A DNA stretch of 32,000 nt from Xylanibacter ruminicola 23. Lineage in GTDB: Bacteria > Bacteroidota > Bacteroidia > Bacteroidales > Bacteroidaceae. This document shows positions 15,800 to 23,553 of the stretch, in pieces. Under the pieces are notes generated by a model. The model saw only the letters and a program-made list of their open reading frames with translations, did not search any database and had not been told where the DNA came from. The first letter of the stretch is position 1; every line of letters starts with the position of its first letter. Position numbers and translations under genes: made by a program. Location of the stretch: NCBI RefSeq assembly GCF_000025925.1, contig NC_014033.1, positions 2,460,001 through 2,492,000 of the forward strand, given 5' to 3'.

Positions 15800-15846
15800 C
15801 ATCTTACAGTTAACAAAATATTATAAAAATATTGAAATAATCCACT

Positions 15847-15882
15847 AATTGGCGGTTAAAATCTACTAACCGTCAATTTTTT
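15847..15882 (+). terminator. hairpin plus T-tract after regulator 2 (terminator and/or palindromic operator)
   Basis: AATTGGCGGTTA (15847-15858) pairs with TAACCGTCAATT (15867-15878): 12 bp including one G-T wobble, 8-nt loop, followed by TTTT. Confidence 0.6.
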
Positions 15883-15892
15883 GTCTATTTTA

Positions 15893-15924
15893 TTTGGAAG
15901 TTATCGATAAACTTATTACCTTTG
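15893..15924 (+). promoter_or_regulatory. Bacteroidota-type promoter for the efflux/two-component operon
   Basis: TTTG (15893-15896), 20 nt, then TACCTTTG (15917-15924). The first ATGs are at 15940 and 15949, so the leader is short. Confidence 0.55.
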
Positions 15925-15939
15925 CCGACGAAATCAAAT

Positions 15940-17280
15940 ATGATTGGGATGAAAAAAAGATTAGTTGTATTAAGTATGTTGATGCTGACGCTGACGATAT
16001 CAGCTCAGAAGAAATGGACTATGCAGGAGTGTATCGACTATGCTATGGCCAACAACATAACTCTGCAGAAGTCAAAACTGCAGAAGCAGAGTGCAACCGA
16101 AGACCTGAAGGGTTCGAAGGCTGCATTGCTGCCTACTCTTAACGCATCTACCAACCAGAGCGTGGGTTACCAGCCCTGGAAGGATTCAGGTGTATCTACT
16201 GTTACCAATGGCATGGTAAACACCAAGGTTGACAAGACGTATTATAATGGTTCGTATGCCGTTAACGCCCAATGGACAGTTTGGAACGGCAACCGGAATA
16301 CCAATACCATCAAGTTAAACAAGATAACCGAAGACGAAGCCGAACTGCAAAGCAAGGAAACGGCAAACAGCATTCAGGAGCGTATTGCCCAACTCTACAC
16401 CCAGATACTGTATCTGGATGAGAACGTGAAGGTGAACGAGCAGATGCTGGAAACCGCTAAGAAAAACGAGGAGCGCGGACAGGAGATGGTAAACGTGGGT
16501 AAGATGAGCAAGGCCGACCTTGCCCAGCTGAGTGCCCAGCGAGCCACCGACGAGTATAACATTGTAGAGACTCGCAGTCAGCTGTTGAACTATAAACTGC
16601 AACTGAAGCAGTTGTTGGAGATTACCGACGAGACAGAGTTTGACGTGGCTATCCCTCAGATTACCGACACGATGGTACTGAAAGAGGTGCCCACCCTGCA
16701 GGGTGTTTACGAGCAGGCACTGCTGAACCGTCCTGAGATTGAGCGCTCTAAGTTAGCCATCAAGAGCAGCGACGTGAACCTCTCGGTAGCAAAGGCCGGT
16801 TGGCTTCCCACCGTTAGTATGACAGGTAGCTTCGGCACCAGCACCAACTCGCTGAGTTCGAACGGCTGGGGCAAGCAGATGAAAACCAACTTTGATGCGA
16901 TGGCAGGTGTTTCGGTTAGTGTACCCATCTATGATGGCAGATCTACCAAGACATCGGTTAACAAGGCTAAGATACAGCAGTTGTCGGCACAGCTCGACCT
17001 GCTAGACCAGCAGAAGACCCTCTACTCTACCATTCAGGAGTACTGGCTGAATGCTCAAACCAACCAGCAGAAGTACAAGGCTGCCTGCGCTACCGTTGAG
17101 AGCGAACAGCAGAGTTTCGATCTGCTGCAGGAGCAGTTCCGTCTGGGACTGAAGAACATCGTGGAACTGATGACTGGTAAGGACAACCTGCTCTCGGCTC
17201 AGCAGAACCAGTTGCAGTCGAAGTATCAGACCATCTACAACCAGCAGATGCTGAAGTTCTACGAAACGGGAGAGATGTAA
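15940..17280 (+). CDS. TolC-family outer membrane efflux protein
   Basis: Signal peptide MKKRLVVLSMLMLTLTISAQ. About 440 aa with the two-fold repeated outer-membrane-efflux layout (LSVAKAGWLPTVSMTGSFG type strands and long helical Q/L-rich segments). The start could be 15940 or 15949. Confidence 0.87.
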   Translation: MIGMKKRLVVLSMLMLTLTISAQKKWTMQECIDYAMANNITLQKSKLQKQSATEDLKGSKAALLPTLNASTNQSVGYQPWKDSGVSTVTNGMVNTKVDKTYYNGSYAVNAQWTVWNGNRNTNTIKLNKITEDEAELQSKETANSIQERIAQLYTQILYLDENVKVNEQMLETAKKNEERGQEMVNVGKMSKADLAQLSAQRATDEYNIVETRSQLLNYKLQLKQLLEITDETEFDVAIPQITDTMVLKEVPTLQGVYEQALLNRPEIERSKLAIKSSDVNLSVAKAGWLPTVSMTGSFGTSTNSLSSNGWGKQMKTNFDAMAGVSVSVPIYDGRSTKTSVNKAKIQQLSAQLDLLDQQKTLYSTIQEYWLNAQTNQQKYKAACATVESEQQSFDLLQEQFRLGLKNIVELMTGKDNLLSAQQNQLQSKYQTIYNQQMLKFYETGEM

Positions 17281-17281
17281 T

Positions 17282-17316
17282 AATTGACAATTTACAATTG
17301 AAAATTGAGAATTTTA
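17282..17316. repeat. five tandem heptamers (AATTGAN-like) forming the tolC/macA-like spacer
   Basis: Reads AATTGAC AATTTAC AATTGAA AATTGAG AATTTTA from 17282. It fills nearly the whole gap between the TAA at 17278-17280 and the ATG at 17322. Confidence 0.8.
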
Positions 17317-17321
17317 GAGAT

Positions 17322-18551
17322 ATGAAAAAGATCGGTAAGAAAGGATGGATTGGTATCGGCGTTGTGGCCGTTATCGTAATTTTTGCCCTGGTAAAATGCA
17401 CAGGTGGCAAGAAAGAAGAGAAGATTAGCTTTGATACCGCAAAGATAGAGAAAACAAATATCCAGACCAGCATTACAGCTACTGGAACCATCGAGCCTGT
17501 AACCAGCGTAACCGTTGGTACCCAGGTGAGTGGTATTGTAAGTCATCTGTATGTAGATTACAACAGCGTGGTAAAGAAGGGACAGGTGATTGCCGAGTTG
17601 GACCGCACCAACCTGATTAGCGAACTGAACACAGCCAAGGCTAACCTGAGCAGTGCCCAGAGCTCGCTGAACTACCAGCTGAGTAATTATAATAGGTATA
17701 AGGAACTGTACAACAAGGGACTAGTAAGCGCCGATGAGTACGAAAGCGCCCGTTTGCAGTATCTGCAGGCCAAGGAGCAGGTAAACACATCGAAGGAGAG
17801 CGTACAGAAGGCTCAGACTAACCTGGGCTATGCCACTATCACATCGCCTATCGATGGTGTCATCCTGTCGAAATCAGTTGAAGAAGGTCAGACCGTAGCC
17901 GCCTCATTCAACACCCCAGAGCTGTTTGTGATTGCTCAGGACCTGACCGACATGCGTGTGATTGCCGATATCGACGAGGCCGACATAGGTGGTGTTAAGG
18001 AGGGACAGCGTGTAAGCTTTACCGTAGATGCTTTCCCCGATGATCAGTTCGAGGGTCGCGTAACACAGGTTCGCCAGCAGGCAACCACCGAGAGCAATGT
18101 GGTAACCTACGAGGTAGTAATTTCGGCTCCTAACAACGACCTGAAGCTGAAGCCTGGCTTGACAGCCAACGTAACCATTTTTACCTTAGAGAAGAACGAC
18201 GTACTGGCCGTTCCTTCAAAGGCATTGCGATTCCACCCCAACGAGGCACTGTTGCAGAAGGGTGAGACCATCGAGGATTGCGAGGGCGACCACAAGTTGT
18301 GGACCAAGGAAGGAACTGTATTCAAGGCTCATAAGGTTGAGGTTGGTACCAGCAACGGTATCATGACCGAGATTACCGGCGGCATGAAGGTTGGCACAGA
18401 GATTCTTACCGACTTTAACATCAGTGGCGGAGCAGGCGAGGCTGAACAGCAGCAGGCCAGCAACCCATTCATGCCACGTCCAGGTGGAAACAGAAATAAC
18501 AACAATAACAAGCAAGGCGGACAAGCTGGCGGTGGTGCACCACAAAGATAA
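17322..18551 (+). CDS. efflux periplasmic adaptor (HlyD/MacA family membrane fusion protein)
   Basis: N-terminal anchor GWIGIGVVAVIVIFALV, GTIEPVTSVTVGTQVSGIV lipoyl-like motif, coiled-coil hairpin, beta-barrel region. Asn/Gly-rich tail GGNRNNNNNKQGGQAGGG. The ATG at 17322 is preferred over the TTG at 17298. Confidence 0.87.
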   Translation: MKKIGKKGWIGIGVVAVIVIFALVKCTGGKKEEKISFDTAKIEKTNIQTSITATGTIEPVTSVTVGTQVSGIVSHLYVDYNSVVKKGQVIAELDRTNLISELNTAKANLSSAQSSLNYQLSNYNRYKELYNKGLVSADEYESARLQYLQAKEQVNTSKESVQKAQTNLGYATITSPIDGVILSKSVEEGQTVAASFNTPELFVIAQDLTDMRVIADIDEADIGGVKEGQRVSFTVDAFPDDQFEGRVTQVRQQATTESNVVTYEVVISAPNNDLKLKPGLTANVTIFTLEKNDVLAVPSKALRFHPNEALLQKGETIEDCEGDHKLWTKEGTVFKAHKVEVGTSNGIMTEITGGMKVGTEILTDFNISGGAGEAEQQQASNPFMPRPGGNRNNNNNKQGGQAGGGAPQR

Positions 18552-18556
18552 GCATT

Positions 18557-19312
18557 ATGGAAGAAGAGAAGAAAGTAGTTATTGAACTGCAGAACGTAAA
18601 GCGCTACTTCCAGGTGGGCAGTGAGACGGTGAAAGCCTTGCGAGGTGTCTCGTTCAAGATTTACGAGGGCGAGTTTGTTACCATCCAAGGTACATCGGGC
18701 TCAGGTAAGAGTACGCTGCTTAACCAGTTGGGCTGTCTCGACACGCCTACCAGCGGCGAGTATCTGCTGGATGGCATTGCCGTGCGCACCATGTCGAAGA
18801 CCCAGCGCGCCAAACTGCGCAACCGCAAGATTGGCTTTGTGTTCCAGAATTACAATCTGCTGGCCAAGACCACAGCTTTGGAGAATGTGGAACTGCCATT
18901 GATGTACAACTCTGAGATTTCGGCCTCAGAGCGTCGTCGCAAAGCCATGGAAGCCCTGAAGGCAGTGGGACTTGAAGACCGTATGTATCACAAGTCGAAC
19001 CAGATGTCGGGTGGCCAGATGCAGCGTGTAGCCATCGCCCGTGCGCTGGTTAACGATCCCGCTGTGCTGTTGGCCGACGAGGCAACAGGTAACCTTGATA
19101 CACGAACATCGTTCGAGATGCTGGTACTGTTCCAGGAGCTCTACAAGCAGGGCCACACTATTATCTTTGTGACCCACAACCCTGAGATTGCCGAGTATTC
19201 GAGTCGAAATATCAACCTGCGCGATGGTAAGATTCGCGAGGATACCATCAATACCAATATCAAGTCGGCAGCCGAGGCACTGGCACAGTTGCCTGCTCCG
19301 CAGGATGATTAA
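18557..19312 (+). CDS. ABC transporter ATP-binding protein (MacB/LolD-type)
   Basis: Walker [13 protein letters not shown] signature [15 protein letters not shown], Walker [14 protein letters not shown]-loop FVTHN. Confidence 0.93.
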   Translation: MEEEKKVVIELQNVKRYFQVGSETVKALRGVSFKIYEGEFVTIQGTSGSGKSTLLNQLGCLDTPTSGEYLLDGIAVRTMSKTQRAKLRNRKIGFVFQNYNLLAKTTALENVELPLMYNSEISASERRRKAMEALKAVGLEDRMYHKSNQMSGGQMQRVAIARALVNDPAVLLADEATGNLDTRTSFEMLVLFQELYKQGHTIIFVTHNPEIAEYSSRNINLRDGKIREDTINTNIKSAAEALAQLPAPQDD

Positions 19313-19340
19313 ACATTAAACATGAAACATTAAAGATTAA
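19310..19340. repeat. tandem heptamer array (TAAACAT-like x4) forming the ATPase/permease junction
   Basis: Reads TAAACAT TAAACAT GAAACAT TAAAGAT TAA. The first TAA is the ATPase stop, and the last A begins the permease ATG at 19340. It shares the 16-mer AAACATTAAAGATTAA (19325-19340) with 2734-2749. Confidence 0.85.
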
Positions 19341-20557
19341 TGAATATACTGAATCTGTTTAAAGTAAGTCTGAAGGCCGTAGCGAATAATAAGATGCGCT
19401 CGTTCCTGTCGATGCTGGGTATCATCATCGGCGTAGCAGCGGTGATTATTATGATGAGCATCGGTCAGGGCTCGAAAGAGAGCATCCGTGCCGAACTCTC
19501 GACAATGGGTACCAACCTGCTCACAATCCGTCCTGGTGCCGATATGCGAGGTGGCGTACGACAGGATCCGTCGAGCATGCAGACGCTGAAGATGGCCGAC
19601 TACGAGCGTATTGTTCGTGAGAAGCGTTTTGTTACCAAGGTATCGCCCGAGGTAACAGCCAGCGGTCAGGCCATCTATGGCAGCAAGAACACCAACGCCT
19701 CGATGTATGGCGAATCGATAGATTATCTGGACATCCGACTGTGGACCATCGAAGAGGGCGAGTGCTTTACCGAGGAGGACATCAAAAAAGCCTCGAAGGT
19801 GTGCGTGGTTGGTGCTACCATCGTTAAGGAGCTGTTTGGCGAAGGTGCCGAGTGTATCGGTAAGACCATCCGCTTCAAGAGTATCCCCATGCGTATTGTG
19901 GGCGTACTGAAATCTAAGGGCTACAACTCGTGGGGTATGGACCAGGACAACGTGATTATCGCTCCCTACACCACAGTGATGAAGCGTATTGCTGCCCAGA
20001 CCTATTTCTCAAGTATTGTCTGCTCGGCTGTAACCGAGGAGCTGAGTGATGCTGCCATCGAGGAGCTCACACAGATACTACGCGACAACCACAAGCTGAA
20101 GGAGGATGCCGACGACGACTTTACCATCCGCTCGCAGGCCGAGATGATGGAGACCATGTCGAGTACGATGGACACCGTTACCATCATTCTGGTAGTGGCT
20201 GCAGCCTTCTCGCTGTTGGTAGCTGGTATTGGTATTATGAACATTATGCTGGTAAGTGTAACCGAGCGCACCAAGGAGATTGGACTGCGCATGGCGGTAG
20301 GTGCTACCGGACCCGTTATATCGCTACAGTTCCTGATAGAGAGTGTGCTGATATCCTTTACAGGCGGACTGATAGGTGTGATTGTAGGCGTAGGCGCCAG
20401 CACCTTCTTAGCATCGTTCGGCATGCCATCAAGCGTACCCGCCTGGAGTATCTACGTATCGTTCCTGGTATGTGTGTTTATCGGTGTACTATTCGGTTAC
20501 ATTCCTGCACAGAAAGCAGCAAATATGGATCCTATAGAAGCTATAAGACATGAATAA
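19340..20557 (+). CDS. ABC transporter permease, MacB/FtsX type (TM1, periplasmic domain, three C-terminal TMs)
   Basis: 405 aa. An N-terminal TM helix, then a ~230-aa extracytoplasmic domain, then the FtsX-type helices with the TERTKEIGLRMAVGA motif. Confidence 0.9.
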   Translation: MNILNLFKVSLKAVANNKMRSFLSMLGIIIGVAAVIIMMSIGQGSKESIRAELSTMGTNLLTIRPGADMRGGVRQDPSSMQTLKMADYERIVREKRFVTKVSPEVTASGQAIYGSKNTNASMYGESIDYLDIRLWTIEEGECFTEEDIKKASKVCVVGATIVKELFGEGAECIGKTIRFKSIPMRIVGVLKSKGYNSWGMDQDNVIIAPYTTVMKRIAAQTYFSSIVCSAVTEELSDAAIEELTQILRDNHKLKEDADDDFTIRSQAEMMETMSSTMDTVTIILVVAAAFSLLVAGIGIMNIMLVSVTERTKEIGLRMAVGATGPVISLQFLIESVLISFTGGLIGVIVGVGASTFLASFGMPSSVPAWSIYVSFLVCVFIGVLFGYIPAQKAANMDPIEAIRHE

Positions 20558-21572
20558 ACATTTAGCAGGCCTATGCCACGTGGCCCTTTGGGCATTTATG
20601 TTCCTGTCGCCTCTTACATTCTGGCGAGGCACAGGAATCAAGTTTATGCAGTACCTGATGTACTGCATGCAGCCAGCAATGCTGATGATAGTGTTCTATC
20701 TCAATTATCTGTATCTGGCTCCCAAGCTCTTTGTGGCAGGTAAGCATCGCTACGACCTGCTCATCAACTTGGCAATGATTTCGGTATTCAGTATCACCCT
20801 TCACTACTGGACCGATTTTACCAACGATCTCTTCGGTGTACGCCAGCGTTTCGACGACACGATTAACGACGTAACCAACATTCTGCGCGAGGGACTGAAC
20901 TTCTGCATTTTCGCAGGTGGATCTACCGCTTTAGCCCTGGCACGCAAATGGGTAACTGCCGAACAGAAGCTGAGAGAATCTGAGACTGCACGCATCCAGA
21001 GCGAACTGAAAAACCTGCGTTCGCAGATTAACCCCCACTTCCTGCTCAACACACTGAACAATATCTATGCGCTGACAGCCATCGACCAGACACGCGCCCA
21101 GAATGCCATCCAACAGCTGTCAAAAATGCTGCGGCATCTGCTATACGATAATCAGGAACGCGAGGTAACGCTCACGGATGAGATGCAGTTTATCGAGAAC
21201 TACATTGCGCTGATGAAGATCCGCTTGTCGCAGAACGTGGATGTAACGTTCCATCGACAGGTGGCCTTGCCTGGTATTAAGGTGGCACCACTTATCTTCA
21301 TCTCGCTTATCGAGAATGCCTTTAAACATGGCGTAAGTCCTGTTGAGCCCAGTTTTGTACACATCAGCATTACCGCCACAGAACACGACATTACCTGCCA
21401 GATTGAGAACTCGAACCACCCCAAGTCGCACGACGACCGTAGTGGCCATGGCATCGGTCTCAGTCAGGTGCAGCGCCGCTTAGAGTTGTCCTATCCCGGA
21501 CGTTACACCTGGGAGAAGGGCGTTAATAAAGAAGGAAATATTTACACATCAACAATACATATCCAGTTATGA
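20550..21572 (+). CDS. sensor histidine kinase, LytS/YehU-type (His_kinase + HATPase), 4 TM, no exodomain
   Basis: Four hydrophobic helices in the first ~130 aa. H-box SQINPHFLLNTLNNIY, N-box LIENAFKHG, G-box GHGIGL. The start overlaps the permease stop by 8 nt (ATGAATAA). Confidence 0.88.
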   Translation: MNKHLAGLCHVALWAFMFLSPLTFWRGTGIKFMQYLMYCMQPAMLMIVFYLNYLYLAPKLFVAGKHRYDLLINLAMISVFSITLHYWTDFTNDLFGVRQRFDDTINDVTNILREGLNFCIFAGGSTALALARKWVTAEQKLRESETARIQSELKNLRSQINPHFLLNTLNNIYALTAIDQTRAQNAIQQLSKMLRHLLYDNQEREVTLTDEMQFIENYIALMKIRLSQNVDVTFHRQVALPGIKVAPLIFISLIENAFKHGVSPVEPSFVHISITATEHDITCQIENSNHPKSHDDRSGHGIGLSQVQRRLELSYPGRYTWEKGVNKEGNIYTSTIHIQL

Positions 21573-22279
21573 CAATTACTTGTGCTATCATCGACGATGA
21601 GCCTCTGGCAGCAGGTCTGCTTGAGAGCTACGCCAAAAAAACTCCTTACCTGAGTTTGCAGGGAACCTACAACAGTGCCGTACAGGCCATGAAGGATCTT
21701 CGTGAAAACCCCGTACAGCTGTTGTTCTTAGACATTCAGATGCCCGAACTGTCAGGCATCGAGTTTGCCAAGATTCTCCCCAAAGACACAAAGGTAATCT
21801 TTACTACCGCATTCCCTCAGTATGCTATCGAGGGCTTTAAAGTTAATGGTTTGGATTATCTGCTGAAACCCATTTCGTACGACGACTTCATTAAGGCTAC
21901 CGACAAGGCCATCGAGTGGTTTACCGTAGCCTTGCGTCAGGACGTTTACCGCCGCGACCGCTTTATGTTCGTAAAGAGCGACTACAAGCTGCAGCGTGTT
22001 AACCTCGACGACATCCTGTATGTCGAGGGATTAAAGGACTACGTACGCTTCTACCTGAAGAACGGCGATAAGATTATGTCGCTGATGTCGATGAAGAAAC
22101 TCGAGGAATATCTGCCTAAGCCAGAGTTCCTTCGTACCCACCGTTCATTCATCGTACATATGAAGGAGACACCACTCGTGGATAAGTTCCGCATTGTGTT
22201 CGACGATGTGATGATTCCTATCTCCGACAACTACAAGGAAGAGGTTCAGAAGTACTTCGACGAGCATACGCTGGTGTAA
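21569..22279 (+). CDS. LytTR-family response regulator
   Basis: Receiver domain (IIDDEPLA, LLFLDIQMPELSG, YLLKP) plus a C-terminal LytTR domain (ILYVEGLKDYVRFY...FLRTHRSFIV). ATGA overlap with the kinase gene. Confidence 0.92.
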   Translation: MTITCAIIDDEPLAAGLLESYAKKTPYLSLQGTYNSAVQAMKDLRENPVQLLFLDIQMPELSGIEFAKILPKDTKVIFTTAFPQYAIEGFKVNGLDYLLKPISYDDFIKATDKAIEWFTVALRQDVYRRDRFMFVKSDYKLQRVNLDDILYVEGLKDYVRFYLKNGDKIMSLMSMKKLEEYLPKPEFLRTHRSFIVHMKETPLVDKFRIVFDDVMIPISDNYKEEVQKYFDEHTLV

Positions 22280-22299
22280 GATTGCAAACTGCGTTTTAC

Positions 22300-22402
22300 A
22301 AAAGGTAAAAAAGTAAAAGGGTAGAAAAGTAAAAAAGTGATAATTTAAGAAATCATTAATAACTTTTACCCTTTTACTTCTTTTCCTTTTTACTTTTTTT
22401 TG
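22300..22402 (+). terminator. long A/T-rich imperfect palindrome with T-rich tail after the LytTR gene
   Basis: The perfect 13-bp arms AAGTAAAAGGGTA (22311-22323) and TACCCTTTTACTT (22367-22379) extend imperfectly on both sides. The left half is GTAAAAAA-like octamers x4 (22305-22336) and the right half mirrors them. Ends in CTTTTTACTTTTTTTT. Confidence 0.5.
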
Positions 22403-22410
22403 TACCTTTG
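22403..22410 (+). promoter_or_regulatory. -7 box for fba
   Basis: TACCTTTG, continuing as GCA, 44 nt upstream of the ATG at 22454. No clear -33 TTTG. Confidence 0.45.
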
Positions 22411-22453
22411 CAGGCGTTAAAGCGACAATTATTCATTTAAATTTAAAGATATT

Positions 22454-23455
22454 ATGGTTAATTACAAGGAATTAGGACTCGTGAATACTCGCGAGATGTT
22501 CAAGAAGGCAGTAGCTGGTGGCTACGCTATCCCCGCTTTCAACTTCAACACAATGGAGCAGATGCAGGCTATCGTACAGGCTGCTGTTGAGACCAAGTCA
22601 CCTGTTATCATGCAGGTTTCAAAGGGTGCTCGTAACTATGCTAACGGTACCATCCTGCGTAACCTCGCTAAGGGTGCTGTAGAGTATGCTAAGGAGCTGG
22701 GTTGCGAGAAGCCCGAGATCGTTCTTCACCTCGACCACGGTGATAGCTTCGAGCTCTGCAAGGACTGCATCGACAACGGTTTCTCAAGCGTTATGATCGA
22801 CGGTTCTTCACTGCCTTACGAGGATAACATCGCCCTGACAAAGAAGGTTGTTGAGTACGCTCATCAGTTCGACGTAACTGTAGAGGCTGAGCTCGGCGTT
22901 CTGGCTGGTGTTGAGGATGAGGTAGTAGCTGAGGAGAGCCACTACACAAAGCCTGAGGAGGTTATCGACTTCGCTACTCGCACAGGTTGCGACTCACTGG
23001 CTATCTCTATCGGTACTTCTCACGGTGCTTACAAGTTCAAGCCCGAGCAGTGCACACGCGATCCTAAGACTGGTAAGCTCGTTCCTCCCCCACTCGCATT
23101 CGACGTTCTGCACGAGATCGAGAACAAGCTTCCTGGATTCCCCATCGTTCTCCACGGTTCTTCTTCAGTTCCTCAGGACGAGGTTGACACTATCAACAAG
23201 TACGGTGGTAACCTGCCCGACGCTGTAGGTATCCCCGAGGAGCAGCTCCGCGAGGCTTCTAAGAGCGCTGTTTGCAAGATCAACATCGACTCTGACTCTC
23301 GTCTGGCTATGACTGCTGCTATCCGTAAGTACCTGGCTGAGCACCCCGATCACTTCGATCCTCGCCAGTACCTGAAGCCCGCTCGTGAGAACATGAAGAA
23401 GATGTACATCCACAAGATTGTGAACGTACTCGGTTCAGACGGCAAGCTCGGATAA
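22454..23455 (+). CDS. fba: class II fructose-1,6-bisphosphate aldolase
   Basis: VLHLDHGDS, SIGTSHGAYKF and VLHGSSSVP metal/substrate motifs. Strongly biased codon usage consistent with high expression. Confidence 0.93.
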   Translation: MVNYKELGLVNTREMFKKAVAGGYAIPAFNFNTMEQMQAIVQAAVETKSPVIMQVSKGARNYANGTILRNLAKGAVEYAKELGCEKPEIVLHLDHGDSFELCKDCIDNGFSSVMIDGSSLPYEDNIALTKKVVEYAHQFDVTVEAELGVLAGVEDEVVAEESHYTKPEEVIDFATRTGCDSLAISIGTSHGAYKFKPEQCTRDPKTGKLVPPPLAFDVLHEIENKLPGFPIVLHGSSSVPQDEVDTINKYGGNLPDAVGIPEEQLREASKSAVCKINIDSDSRLAMTAAIRKYLAEHPDHFDPRQYLKPARENMKKMYIHKIVNVLGSDGKLG

Positions 23456-23480
23456 TCCAAGCATCACATTATAAAAAAAG

Positions 23481-23511
23481 TCCGAAAGTATCATGCTTTC
23501 GGATTTTTTTT
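23481..23511 (+). terminator. rho-independent terminator of fba
   Basis: TCCGAAAG (23481-23488) and CTTTCGGA (23496-23503) with a 7-nt loop, followed by T8 (23504-23511). Preceded by an A7 run that can extend the stem. Confidence 0.8.
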
Positions 23512-23512
23512 G

Positions 23513-23520
23513 TATTTTTG
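23513..23520 (+). promoter_or_regulatory. -7 box for the GH43-like/trmO unit
   Basis: TATTTTTG, continuing as CA, 34 nt upstream of the ATG at 23554. Confidence 0.45.
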
Positions 23521-23553
23521 CAGCCAGATAATAAACCTAACAATACGAACAAG

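Noticed and set aside
15894-16142. An 82-aa ORF overlapping the tolC start in another frame.
   Set aside because: It begins inside the -33 element of the tolC promoter and upstream of the -7 box, overlaps the TolC signal peptide region, and has an acidic low-complexity product with no motif.
18470-18548. The Asn/Gly/Gln-rich tail of the adaptor protein (GGNRNNNNNKQGGQAGGGAPQR), considered as a slippage-prone repeat or a separate feature.
   Set aside because: The DNA is not a clean tandem repeat (mixed AAC/AAT/AAG/GGC codons). Disordered low-complexity C-termini are common in membrane fusion proteins. Nothing further can be supported.
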